Of a stretch of DNA of 51,563 bases, positions 26,836 to 36,162 are shown in pieces (position 1 is the stretch's first letter; every line of letters starts with the position of its first letter). Source of the stretch: an uncultured Methanosarcinales archaeon (GTDB lineage Archaea > Nanobdellota > Nanobdellia > Woesearchaeales > JAGVZT01); assembly GCA_964419615.1 (NCBI GenBank), contig CAYQPU010000007.1:1-51563 (forward strand). Direction: 5' to 3'. The notes under the pieces were generated by a model that had not been told where the DNA came from, ran no database searches, and saw only the letters and a program-made list of their open reading frames with translations. A program made the position numbers and the translations under genes.

Positions 26836-27015
26836 ATGAAATGCAGTTTTTGTGGATATAATATTGAGAAAGGAACTGGAAAGATTTTTGTTAAAAAGTC
26901 TGGAAAGATTCTAAATTTTTGTTCAACAAAGTGTGAGAAAAGTACACTTAAGTTAAAAAGGAAACCTCGAGTTGTCAGATGGACAAAGGAATTTAGAAGG
27001 GAGGCGAAAAAATGA
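26836..27015 (+). CDS. rpl24e: 50S ribosomal protein L24e (59 aa, below the track's length cutoff)
   Basis: MKCSFCGYNIEKGTGKIFVKKSGKILNFCSTKCEK...RKPRVVRWT; sits in the conserved L7Ae-S28e-L24e-ndk order. Confidence 0.95.
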   Translation: MKCSFCGYNIEKGTGKIFVKKSGKILNFCSTKCEKSTLKLKRKPRVVRWTKEFRREAKK

Positions 27016-27575
27016 TGGAACGAACTCTTATCTTAGTTAAACATGATGGTGTGCAGCGTGGTCTTGTTGGAGAGATTATTAAAAGATTTGAAGACAAGGG
27101 GCTTAGAATTGCAGCCTTAAAAATGGTGCATCCTGATAAAAATATTGCTGAAAAGCAGTATAGAATGACACCTGATTGGATTGAAAAGCTTGGTAATAAT
27201 ACTCGAAAAGCTGCTGAGAAAAGCGGTACTAAAATGGATGAATCTAATGAAGAGATTGCAGCAAGAGTTAAGAATTGGCTTATTGGCTATCTTTGTGAAG
27301 GTCCTGTTGCAGCAATGATTTTTGAAGGTTTTCATGCTATCGAGATTGGCAGAAAGATTGTTGGTCATGCTGAGGCAAGACAGGCAGAGATCGGAACTAT
27401 TAGAGGAGATTATACAGTTGATTCTTATGAGTTAGCTGATAAAGATCAAAGACCAATTAGAAATATTGTGCATGCATCAGGTAACAAAGAGGAAGCACAA
27501 ACTGAAACTAGTTTGTGGTTTGCTGAGCATGAGATCTTTGATTATGATTTACATAGATGGAAGATAATGCATTGA
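27012..27575 (+). CDS. ndk: Nucleoside diphosphate kinase
   Basis: ERTLILVKHDGVQRGLVGEII, GTIRGDY, RNIVHASG (catalytic His). Confidence 0.96.
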   Translation: MMERTLILVKHDGVQRGLVGEIIKRFEDKGLRIAALKMVHPDKNIAEKQYRMTPDWIEKLGNNTRKAAEKSGTKMDESNEEIAARVKNWLIGYLCEGPVAAMIFEGFHAIEIGRKIVGHAEARQAEIGTIRGDYTVDSYELADKDQRPIRNIVHASGNKEEAQTETSLWFAEHEIFDYDLHRWKIMH

Positions 27576-27585
27576 GGTGAATGAT

Positions 27586-28233
27586 ATGAAGCTTGTGTTT
27601 ATTGCTATGCCTGCAGCTGGAAAAGGAACTTATGCAGAGATATTAAAGAAAGATTTGAATATTCCACATTTGTCTTTTGGACAGATTACTAGAGTTGCTG
27701 CTGCTAATGGAGATGCAACTGCAATCAAGGCTGTTGAGTACCAGAATAAAGGATTGTACACTCCTGATGATATTGTTGTTGAGATTTTTAAGAAAAGATT
27801 GAGTGAACCAGATTGTGAAAATGGTTTTATTCTTGATAGTACTCCAGGCAATGTTGCTCAAGCTAAAGCATTTGAAGATTTTGTTAAAATTGATAGAGTA
27901 TTGTTTTTTGATGCTCCATTTGATGTTAGAATGCACAGAATTACTGGAAGGTTAACATGCAAAGAGTGTGGTCAGATTTATCACAAAATTGAGGTGCCAC
28001 CTAAACAAGAAGGTGTTTGTGATAAGTGTGGTGGGGAGCTTTACCAAAGAGCTGACCAACAAGAAGATGTTGTAAAAAAGAGATTTGAGACTTATGAAAA
28101 GATGATCAGGCCACTAGTTGAATACTATAAAGAGAATGGTTTGCTTAGAACTGTTGATTCATCAAAATCAATTAGAGTTGCTAAAGATCAGATTATGGGA
28201 GATATTCACAAGGCAATTGAGGATTTAAAATGA
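27586..28233 (+). CDS. adk: Adenylate kinase with Zn-binding LID
   Basis: P-loop AMPAAGKGT, GFILD, LID CKEC...CDKC, QRAD. Start refined from the SD GAGGTGA. Confidence 0.93.
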   Translation: MKLVFIAMPAAGKGTYAEILKKDLNIPHLSFGQITRVAAANGDATAIKAVEYQNKGLYTPDDIVVEIFKKRLSEPDCENGFILDSTPGNVAQAKAFEDFVKIDRVLFFDAPFDVRMHRITGRLTCKECGQIYHKIEVPPKQEGVCDKCGGELYQRADQQEDVVKKRFETYEKMIRPLVEYYKENGLLRTVDSSKSIRVAKDQIMGDIHKAIEDLK

Positions 28234-28775
28234 TGATTGGAACCAAAGAGATACTCAAGAGGTCAAAAGAAGATGATCTTCTAATGAATCTAAGTGAACG
28301 TGAACTTAACAATCCAGAAGGCGTTGGTATTGATCTTAGGCTTGGTAAAGTTTACACAAAACTTGATGCAGGCTTTCTGGGGATTACTGAGAGAAAAACC
28401 CCTAATGTAAAACTTGTTGCTAGTTTTGATCCAGATGAGAAGAAGAGTTTTGTTATCAAACCTGGGGAGCATGTACTGGTTGAGACTGTTGAAAAGGTAA
28501 ATATGCCTGATGATTTGGTAGCAACAATTATTCCACGTACTACTTTGTATAGGTGTGGAGTTAATATTCATACTGGACTTTGTAATCCAGGTTATAGTGG
28601 TACATTAACATTTGCAATGCAAAATGTTGGTGATCATGATTTTAAAATTGAGATGGGTGCAAGGATCGTTAATATCTTGTTTCATCCAATTAAAGGTGAG
28701 CTTCATCGTACTTATGAAGGTCAATGGCAGGGCGGTAGAGTCACGACTGCTGGAGAAATTGAAAAACAGATATAG
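28230..28775 (+). CDS. dCTP deaminase/trimeric dUTPase family protein
   Basis: GIDLRLG, PRTT, NPGYSG, YEGQWQG tail; the deaminase catalytic Glu appears to be absent. Confidence 0.85.
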   Translation: MMIGTKEILKRSKEDDLLMNLSERELNNPEGVGIDLRLGKVYTKLDAGFLGITERKTPNVKLVASFDPDEKKSFVIKPGEHVLVETVEKVNMPDDLVATIIPRTTLYRCGVNIHTGLCNPGYSGTLTFAMQNVGDHDFKIEMGARIVNILFHPIKGELHRTYEGQWQGGRVTTAGEIEKQI

Positions 28776-28784
28776 GTGAAAATT

Positions 28785-30965
28785 ATGGCAAAAGAAAGAA
28801 TGGTTGAGAAAGTTACGAGGTTGATGAGAACTCCTGCTCAAATTAGAAATATTGGTACTGTAGCCCATATTGATCATGGTAAGACTACGTTCTCTGATAA
28901 TTTATTGGCAGGATCTGGTATGATGAGTCATGATCTGGCAGGTAAAGCTAGAGCACTTGATTTTCATGAAGATGAAGCTGAAAGAGGTATTACTATTGAT
29001 GCTGCTAATGTTTCTATGGTGCACAATTTTGGAGATAAAGAGTATTTAATTAATTTGATTGACACTCCAGGACATATTGATTTTAGTGGTGATGTTACCA
29101 GAGCTATGAGAGCTGTTGATGGTGTTATTGTACTTTGTTGTGCTGTTGAAGGGGTTATGCCTCAGACTGAAACTGTTTTAAAGCAATGTTTAAGAGAAAG
29201 AGTAAAACCAATTTTGTTTATTAATAAGGTTGATAGGATGATTAAGGAACTGCAGCTTACTCCTGAACAGATGCAAGAAAGATTTGTTAAGATTATTCAG
29301 AATGTTAATGAATTGATTGATTCTATTGCTGAAAAGCAATACAAGCAAGAGTGGCAGGTTAATGTTAATGATGGAAGTGTTGCATTTGGTTCTGCTTATC
29401 ATAATTGGGCCATGAGCATAAACTATATGAAAAAGAGTGGGCTTACATTCAAAGATATTATTGATGCTTACCAAAGTGCAGATAAGGATGATATTAAAAA
29501 GTTGGCAGATAAGGCTCCAATTCACGAGATTATTCTTGATGCTGTTATTAATCATCATCCTGATCCTAAGGTTTCACAAGCCTATAGAATTCCAAAGATT
29601 TGGAGAGGAGACTTAGATAGTGAACTTGGTAAGGCATTGATTACATGTGATAATCAAGGACCTTTGACTTTTGTGTGTACTAAGATTGTTGTTGACAAAC
29701 ATGTTGGAGAGGTTGCTGCAGGAAGGTTATTCTCTGGTACTGTGCGACAAGGTGATACTGTCCACATGATTGGAAAAAAGAAAGAGGTTAGATTACAACA
29801 GGTTTGTGTGTTTAATGGTGCAAAAAGAGATCTTGCTGAAGAAGCAACAGCAGGTAATATTATTGGATTAATTGGTTTAACAGATGTTTTTGCAGGTGAG
29901 ACTGTTTCAAGTGATCCAAATATGGAACAGTTTGAGTCTATTAAACATTTGTTTGATCCTGTTATTACAAAGGCTATTGAACCTAAGAAATCATCTGAAC
30001 TTCCAAAGTTAATTGAAGTTTTGAAGGTTGTTGCTAAAGAAGATCCGTCTATTCAGGTTACTATTAATGAAGAGAGTGGTGAGTATTTAATTTCAGGTAT
30101 GGGTGAACTTCATCTTGAGATTATTGAGAACAGAATTAAGAGTGAGAAGAATTTTGAGGTTAATACTTCTCCACCAATTGTTGTTTATAGAGAGACTATT
30201 ACCAAAATGTCATCAGATAGTATAGAAGGTAAGTCTCCAAACAAGCATAACAAGATTTACTTTAGAGTTGCTCCTTTACCAGAGAAGATGAGAGAGGCAA
30301 TTAAAAGCGGCGAGCTTCCACCAGGAAGGATGAAAAAGTATGACAAAGAAGTTGTGGAAAAGCTTGTTGAGTGCGGGATGGAAACAAAGGTTGCAAGAAA
30401 GGTTAAAGATATTTATAATGGGAATTTATTCATAGACAATACAAGAGGTATTGTGCATATTCAAGAGATTATGCAGATGGTGCTTGATATTTTTGAGGAT
30501 ATTATGAATGTTGGACCTATTGCTAGTGAGCCTTGTATTAATGTGATGGTTTATCTTGATGATGCAAAGCTTCATGAAGATGCAATTCATAGAGGTCCTG
30601 CTCAGATGTTCCCGGCTTTTAGAGAAGGTATTAGAGGAGCATTTAGGGTTGCAGGCCCGGTTATTTATGAACCAAAGCAAGTGCTGCAGTTTGAAGCTCC
30701 TTATGATTTCATGGGCGATATTGTTAATATGATCTCGAGTAAGAGAGGGCAGCTTATTGATACTGACCAACAGGGTAAGATTGCTATTTTAAAAGGTAAG
30801 TTGCCTGTTGCAGAAATGTTTGGTTTAGCATCTGATTTGAGAAGTATTACTAGTGGTAGAGGTAATTACTTTTTGGTTGATCAGATGTTTGAGAGATTGC
30901 CTGGTGAACTGCAAGAGAATGTTATTAAGAGAATTAGACAAAGAAAAGGTCTAAAAACAGATTAG
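28785..30965 (+). CDS. fusA: Archaeal elongation factor 2
   Basis: AHIDHGKTT, RGITI, DTPGH, NKVD, and the diphthamide loop LHEDAIHRGPAQ. Confidence 0.97.
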   Translation: MAKERMVEKVTRLMRTPAQIRNIGTVAHIDHGKTTFSDNLLAGSGMMSHDLAGKARALDFHEDEAERGITIDAANVSMVHNFGDKEYLINLIDTPGHIDFSGDVTRAMRAVDGVIVLCCAVEGVMPQTETVLKQCLRERVKPILFINKVDRMIKELQLTPEQMQERFVKIIQNVNELIDSIAEKQYKQEWQVNVNDGSVAFGSAYHNWAMSINYMKKSGLTFKDIIDAYQSADKDDIKKLADKAPIHEIILDAVINHHPDPKVSQAYRIPKIWRGDLDSELGKALITCDNQGPLTFVCTKIVVDKHVGEVAAGRLFSGTVRQGDTVHMIGKKKEVRLQQVCVFNGAKRDLAEEATAGNIIGLIGLTDVFAGETVSSDPNMEQFESIKHLFDPVITKAIEPKKSSELPKLIEVLKVVAKEDPSIQVTINEESGEYLISGMGELHLEIIENRIKSEKNFEVNTSPPIVVYRETITKMSSDSIEGKSPNKHNKIYFRVAPLPEKMREAIKSGELPPGRMKKYDKEVVEKLVECGMETKVARKVKDIYNGNLFIDNTRGIVHIQEIMQMVLDIFEDIMNVGPIASEPCINVMVYLDDAKLHEDAIHRGPAQMFPAFREGIRGAFRVAGPVIYEPKQVLQFEAPYDFMGDIVNMISSKRGQLIDTDQQGKIAILKGKLPVAEMFGLASDLRSITSGRGNYFLVDQMFERLPGELQENVIKRIRQRKGLKTD

Positions 30966-31561
30966 CAGATTACAGAACATCCATTATGACGATAACATTC
31001 AGTGTGACATAATGTATCATTAGTACAGAATACATAGTTGTTATCTTCGGTGCATGCAGAACAGTCTGATTTACAGCAGTCTCCAGGTGAGTTTGTTGGT
31101 GTTTCATTTCTTAGAAAGTCACATACTTTGTTACATGCATAGTCTGTATCTTGATCACATATTGAAACATAGTTTTGTTTTACTTCAATTTGTAGTATTC
31201 TAGCTCCATGATTGAGGGTGTTTATGTCAAAGACAATATCAACATCTGCAAAGTATAATAATTCAGATGTGGTTCTACCATTTGAATAGTTAAAAACAAT
31301 GGAGTTGTTTCTCTCAATATAAAGATCCTGTACTCCTTGGGGTAAAGTTAATTCTAATGTTGCTTTTGATGCAGGTGTTTTTGCAAGTTGGTTTACTGTC
31401 CCAACAACTGTTTTACCAAATTTGTCTAGTTGAGCTCTTTCTAGGTTTTCTTGTTGTTCACCTGTTTCTCTTGTTAGAAAAAAGAATGCGGTTGTAAATA
31501 AGAATAAGGCAAATCCAGCTACAATTAAAGCTTCTGTTGAGTATTGACCTCTTTTTTTCAT
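30962..31561 (-). CDS. Class III signal-peptide (pilin-like) protein with a Cys-rich C-terminus
   Basis: MKKRG|QYSTEALIVAGFALFLF with +5 Glu; about 10 Cys in the last 60 aa. Confidence 0.8.
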   Translation of the reverse strand: MKKRGQYSTEALIVAGFALFLFTTAFFFLTRETGEQQENLERAQLDKFGKTVVGTVNQLAKTPASKATLELTLPQGVQDLYIERNNSIVFNYSNGRTTSELLYFADVDIVFDINTLNHGARILQIEVKQNYVSICDQDTDYACNKVCDFLRNETPTNSPGDCCKSDCSACTEDNNYVFCTNDTLCHTECYRHNGCSVIC

Positions 31562-31657
31562 AAATGTGTTTTAAACTGAGTGGAATATAAACTTTTCTGA
31601 AAATACTAGTTTTATTCATACGAAATGTTTTTATATCAACCTGATACTAAGGAGAAT

Positions 31658-32005
31658 ATGCAATTTTTAATTATTGGTTTGGATGGTGTTGACCCGGATG
31701 CTATGAAGCGTAGACTAGCAAATAGAGAAGCCCACATTAAACTTGGAGATGATTTATTAAAATCAGGTAATATGTGGTATGGTGCTGCAATTAGAAATGA
31801 TCAAGGTGAGATGATTGGTTCTGCATTGTTTATGGATTTTGAATCTGAGGGAAAACTTCAAAAATGGCTTGATGTAGAACCCTATGTTACAGGCAAAGTA
31901 TGGAAATCCATTAAGATTCATAAATGTAGTACACGCGATCCATGGCAATTTAACAGAAGTAAAGAATGGTTTGAAAAAAGAACTAATAGCAAATATAAAA
32001 AATAA
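31658..32005 (+). CDS. YciI family protein
   Basis: RRLANREAHI, GAIRND.GEMIGS, W...EPYV. Start refined to ATG 31658 after GGAG. Confidence 0.85.
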   Translation: MQFLIIGLDGVDPDAMKRRLANREAHIKLGDDLLKSGNMWYGAAIRNDQGEMIGSALFMDFESEGKLQKWLDVEPYVTGKVWKSIKIHKCSTRDPWQFNRSKEWFEKRTNSKYKK

Positions 32006-32054
32006 CAATAAGAATTCCCAAACTTTTATTAACTAATTCTCTAATTAAATTTGT

Positions 32055-32684
32055 ATGGGAAACTGGGAGTCTGTTTTCAAGGATAAAGGTAAATTTTTTC
32101 ATAAGCCTCACAAAGATGTTGTAAAACTAGTCAAGCTATTAAAACAAAACCAAGTCAATGAGGTTTTAGACTTGGGTTGTGGGAGTGGAAGACATGCTGT
32201 TTTTTTGGCAAAGAATGGTTTTGATGTTTATGGTATGGATAACAGCAAATCAGGACTTGATCACACAAGAAAATGGCTAAAAAAAGAAAGTTTAACAGCA
32301 AAGCTAAAAAAAGCTAACTGTTATGAAAAATACCCATATAAAGATAATTTCTTTGATGCAGTGATTTCTGTTCAGGTTATTCACCATGCTGTTATTAAAG
32401 ATATTGAGTTTTGTATCTCAGAGATTAAAAGATGTCTTAAACCTGGAGGTATTGTTTTTGTTACAGTTCCAAAAACAAAGAAAAACAAGTTCAGGTCAAA
32501 AATAAAGATGATTGCTCCAAGAACATTTGTTCCTTTGGATGGTCTTGAAGTGGGTACACCGCATTATCATTTTAATAAAAGTAAATTAAGAGAATGTTTT
32601 AAGGATTTTAATTTGTTAGATTTGTATGTTGATGAGCTTAAGCATTATTGTTTTCTTGGTAGATTAAAAAATAGTAACAATTAA
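32055..32684 (+). CDS. Class I SAM-dependent methyltransferase
   Basis: VLDLGCGSGRH, GMDNS, FDAVIS, LKPGG. Confidence 0.93.
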   Translation: MGNWESVFKDKGKFFHKPHKDVVKLVKLLKQNQVNEVLDLGCGSGRHAVFLAKNGFDVYGMDNSKSGLDHTRKWLKKESLTAKLKKANCYEKYPYKDNFFDAVISVQVIHHAVIKDIEFCISEIKRCLKPGGIVFVTVPKTKKNKFRSKIKMIAPRTFVPLDGLEVGTPHYHFNKSKLRECFKDFNLLDLYVDELKHYCFLGRLKNSNN

Positions 32685-32695
32685 TGTTGTTATCA

Positions 32696-33163
32696 TTAAA
32701 CAAAATCAGCCAAATTCAATTCATCTGCTTCGATCATAATTTTATCTTTATAACCTGAGGGCACAAATATTCCTAAGATTCCTGCTGTCATGGGTAGGTG
32801 TAATACTCCTGCTGGAACAGTGTATCCTTCACCTGAGTTTAAACTTGTTACTGTAATCAGGTCTCTTTTTGATTCAATTAATTTTGTCAAAGTTTCTTCA
32901 TTTATCATTTCTTCCGAAAGATTTTCTCCTCTTAAGTCCAACTTATAAATGTCACAATCTGCTTTGGTTTCTACTCCTTCCACTATCCCGTCTCTTATTG
33001 TATAGGTCTTTTCACCTTCTAGGTAAAAACAAGTTGGTCCAGGACCTTTGTTGTTAGAGTGTACTTCAGCAAGGTATATTCCTCTTTCTTTATCATTAAT
33101 AAATTCTATACCAAATACTCCTGGTGCAAGATCATCATATCTGACTGGTATTATTTTGGGCAT
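32696..33163 (-). CDS. Hypothetical protein, possibly cupin-like
   Basis: EVH...FY.EG and G....VPAGVLH resemble cupin motifs (weak). Confidence 0.6.
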   Translation of the reverse strand: MPKIIPVRYDDLAPGVFGIEFINDKERGIYLAEVHSNNKGPGPTCFYLEGEKTYTIRDGIVEGVETKADCDIYKLDLRGENLSEEMINEETLTKLIESKRDLITVTSLNSGEGYTVPAGVLHLPMTAGILGIFVPSGYKDKIMIEADELNLADFV

Positions 33164-33289
33164 GTTTATCAAGTTGTATTAATTTGAGCTTGTTTTTAAA
33201 TCTTTCTAAAAAGTTACCACTTATCAATGATAAATTGTTCTTGTTCCAATTCAACAATTATTAAATAATCTGTCCCATTATCTAAAACC

Positions 33290-33691
33290 ATGGACTTATC
33301 TGCATATAAACAAGAATTTGATGGTTATGTGGAAAAGTATATTGAATGGATTGATAGCTGCAAGCAGGGAAAGGATACTAAATCTGTTTTAGGAGAATTA
33401 CTCAGTGGAACAAGTTATCTTTTTAGCATACTTAAGCAGGGGAGTGTGGTTGAAGTGCGTTCATATCCTGATCTCTTTCCAAAAAATTTTGATCCTACAC
33501 AAAGAGATACAGTTGCTTTAGGTTCTGATTGGAGAATAGTTCAACAAACTCTTGATAAAATAATTTCAAATGATGCTCAAGACTCAGAGCTTACAGTTGA
33601 ACAAGCAGAAGCTGGGAAGAAATTTGCAGAAAGAATATATGAAAACATGAGAGAATCCTATGCATTGTTTGCCTTTTGTGAGTCTAGATAA
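33290..33691 (+). CDS. Hypothetical helical protein (133 aa)
   Basis: Open frame, convergent with and overlapping the PIN gene end by 34 nt; no motif. Confidence 0.6.
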   Translation: MDLSAYKQEFDGYVEKYIEWIDSCKQGKDTKSVLGELLSGTSYLFSILKQGSVVEVRSYPDLFPKNFDPTQRDTVALGSDWRIVQQTLDKIISNDAQDSELTVEQAEAGKKFAERIYENMRESYALFAFCESR

Positions 33692-34098
33692 TAGTCATCA
33701 AAATGAGTTAACAATTCTGATGTTGAGTAAATTCTAATCACACTCTGGTCTTTAAGCTTTTTGTCATTACTCCAAATATCACATTTAAGTTTTAATGCCA
33801 AAGCAAAATAATCAACATCATTTTCATCAGGGCATATTTCTTGTGATTGTGAGATGAATTTTTCAGTTTCTTTATTTGAAACAGTTTTGATTTTCTTTTT
33901 TAGAATCAGCATAAGCCTGTTAAATTCAATTTCGCTTCTTTCTGATTTTATTAATATAACATCTTTATATTTTTCAAATTCTTGAAAAATAAATTCTGGT
34001 GCAAATAAATTAAGATCTAATTCAAACATAAGATCCTCAGTTTTCCCTGATTTGATTAGAACTGAAAATAATACATTTGCATCCACAACAAGGTCCAT
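33658..34098 (-). CDS. PIN-domain (VapC-like) toxin
   Basis: LVVDANVLFS, E, D.ND..YFALAL, IWSNDK.L: the conserved PIN acidic residues. Confidence 0.92.
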   Translation of the reverse strand: MDLVVDANVLFSVLIKSGKTEDLMFELDLNLFAPEFIFQEFEKYKDVILIKSERSEIEFNRLMLILKKKIKTVSNKETEKFISQSQEICPDENDVDYFALALKLKCDIWSNDKKLKDQSVIRIYSTSELLTHFDDYYLDSQKANNA

Positions 34099-34099
34099 C

Positions 34100-34318
34100 T
34101 TACATTCTTCTTTTTGCTAGTTTTTTGTTTAGTTCTTTTCCAAATTTAATCGCTTCTTTTTCCGTCAGAGTGCTTTTAGACTTGAATTTTTTTATGAACT
34201 CCAGATCATCTATCTTTTCAGTAAATGCTTGTCTTGCAACGGCACTCCAGTTGATTTCAGCGAAGCTATCCATTTTGTGTTTTAAGTCATCTGGTATTGA
34301 CAAAGTTAAATTTACCAT
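34100..34318 (-). CDS. RHH-type antitoxin
   Basis: MVNLTLSIPDDLK..M...EINWS.VAR; SD GAGGTGG; 1 nt upstream of the PIN gene. Confidence 0.85.
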   Translation of the reverse strand: MVNLTLSIPDDLKHKMDSFAEINWSAVARQAFTEKIDDLEFIKKFKSKSTLTEKEAIKFGKELNKKLAKRRM

Positions 34319-34337
34319 AAAACCACCTCGTGCGTAT

Positions 34338-34351
34338 ATGTGTAAACACAT
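34338..34351. promoter_or_regulatory. Inverted repeat ATGTGT-AA-ACACAT; candidate toxin-antitoxin operator
   Basis: Perfect 6-bp inverted repeat between the TATA-like element and the antitoxin start. Confidence 0.5.
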
Positions 34352-34487
34352 GGATACACGAAATGATATAAAAATGTTTCTTTTTTGACAAATATCTTTT
34401 TTAATCTAAGTTTTATAAATCATATCCCCAAATTTATTGATTTTTTCCGAATTCAATTATTAAAAACACATTAAGAATTAGAAGTAA

Positions 34488-35264
34488 TTACCCAATATAA
34501 TTAGTTTCTCCAACTTGACCCATTGATTTTTGTTTTGCTATGTCATGTAATCTTGCTTTTTTCTTGCTAAATTCTGTGTCAATTTCTTTGATTTCCTTTT
34601 CTATAGATTTCATGTCAACTTTTAGATCTAGTTTTTTGTTTAGTACTTCTAGGATTTTTTTAGATCCTTTTACTCCAATGTATAATGGATGACCAAATGT
34701 TTCTGCAAGTATTGATATTGCTTCTACATTATTTCTTTGTGCCATCCCAAGCAACACTCCTGACACTCCCACTATTGGCCCTACAACTCCATATAATTCA
34801 CTGTTAAGATCAGTGTTTTTAGAATAGGATTTAATTAGTTTTTTTGAGTTTCCAGTGCAGTATACTTTGGGTTCTTTCGGGACTGCTCTAAGTCCAATTC
34901 CACCAAGAGTTACTAAGTGCGATACTGAGTATTTTTTTGCTATTTTGACAATTTCTTCTGTGAATTCATAGCAAGATACTTCATCTATTGGCTGAACATC
35001 TCCTGCTAAAAGTAATAGGTCTTGTTTTCCATTTTTCACATAGTACATTTCAATAACTGGAAGATCTATTAGGTTATCTTCGTTTACAAAAACTGTTTGC
35101 GGCAAGGAATATGAAAAGAACTCATGTATTTTTACTGCTTTTAGTTCTTGCAAGAGAAAATCAACAACAATTTTTCCTACATTTGCAATGCCAGGCAGGC
35201 CTTCTATTAGTACAGGATTGTTTAGTTTAGGTACTTTTTCAAGGTTTTTTACTTGCCAAGTCAT
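34488..35264 (-). CDS. PAC2 family proteasome assembly chaperone-like protein
   Basis: LIEGLPGIANVGKI, D.QP, TLGGIG, G.IVG..G.LLG. Confidence 0.9.
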   Translation of the reverse strand: MTWQVKNLEKVPKLNNPVLIEGLPGIANVGKIVVDFLLQELKAVKIHEFFSYSLPQTVFVNEDNLIDLPVIEMYYVKNGKQDLLLLAGDVQPIDEVSCYEFTEEIVKIAKKYSVSHLVTLGGIGLRAVPKEPKVYCTGNSKKLIKSYSKNTDLNSELYGVVGPIVGVSGVLLGMAQRNNVEAISILAETFGHPLYIGVKGSKKILEVLNKKLDLKVDMKSIEKEIKEIDTEFSKKKARLHDIAKQKSMGQVGETNYIG

Positions 35265-35318
35265 TTGGTAAAGTAAGAATGGGGGATTTATATAGTTTGT
35301 GTATTACATTGTCCATGA

Positions 35319-35466
35319 GATAGCTCCACCGAGCCAGTTCGCTCGACAGTTTGCTAAATTCTTACCTGGCTAAAATCAAATACTTTTTAGATAATGCAAA
35401 CTGTTTCATATTGACTCTAATGATCATTTAAGTCTCGCTCACAACATTGGCTTGGGTGGAGCTATC
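35319..35466 (-). ncRNA. Unassigned structured RNA (~148 nt) with a K-turn
   Basis: Perfect 12-bp terminal helix (35319-35330/35455-35466), a further 5-6 bp, a canonical K-turn on the minus strand, and an inner 9-bp helix (35346-35354/35396-35404). The strand is inferred from tandem G-A pairs. Confidence 0.6.
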
Positions 35467-35516
35467 CACTAACTATCAACCACAAAATTTATTAACACTC
35501 TTTCATTTCTAATTAT

Positions 35517-36161
35517 ATGGAAATCCCGTATAAGGTAACTAAACTTCTTAAGGTTGGCGATGACGTTTCTATTCAACAACTTGATTTAGCTGATGTAAAA
35601 AAAGCATATATACCTAATCTAGCGAGTATTGTGTTGATGCCTAATCAAATCAGTCAAATTGTTTCAGGTCTTGGTAAAAAGATTACTCGAGATTGTCATG
35701 AGAGGGGTGTAGAGGTATTACACTTAATTGGCATACTTAAGGGAGCAGCTAATTTATTACCTAACCTTGCTTATGCAATTGATATACCGTGTACTTATGA
35801 TTTTATGAGTCTTTCAAGTTATGGTAAAGGACAAACGAGTTCTGGTAATGTTAAGATAGGATGTGATTTGAGAGATGATATTGCTGGAAAGGATGTTATT
35901 GTTGTTGAAGATATTGCAGATACAAGATATACACTCAAAATTTTGTTAGAGATTCTAGGATTAAGAAGTCCAAATTCTCTGGAAGTTTGCTGTTTACTGG
36001 ATAAACCTGAACGTAAAGAAAATCAAGTTGATATCAAATATATAGGAGCAACAATCCCAAATGTCTTTGTTGTGGGATATGGCTTAGATGGAGGTAGTCC
36101 TGAATTTCCAGATAGTCAAATATACAGAGATTTACCATTAATTGCAGAATTAAAACAGTAA
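35517..36161 (+). CDS. hpt: Hypoxanthine(-guanine) phosphoribosyltransferase
   Basis: IGILKGA, DFMSLSSYG, VIVVEDIADT, LLDKP.R, FVVGYGLD. Confidence 0.92.
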   Translation: MEIPYKVTKLLKVGDDVSIQQLDLADVKKAYIPNLASIVLMPNQISQIVSGLGKKITRDCHERGVEVLHLIGILKGAANLLPNLAYAIDIPCTYDFMSLSSYGKGQTSSGNVKIGCDLRDDIAGKDVIVVEDIADTRYTLKILLEILGLRSPNSLEVCCLLDKPERKENQVDIKYIGATIPNVFVVGYGLDGGSPEFPDSQIYRDLPLIAELKQ

Positions 36162-36162
36162 T

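Noticed and set aside
35319-35466. Assignment of the structured element as RNase P RNA, SRP RNA, an H/ACA guide or a MITE
   Set aside because: No GAGGAAAGUCC/P4 pseudoknot; the SRP helix-8-like segment has 9-nt rather than 10-nt spacing and conflicts with the 9-bp helix; there is no pseudouridylation pocket and the ACA is 6 nt from the stem; and there is no target-site duplication or second copy in the window.
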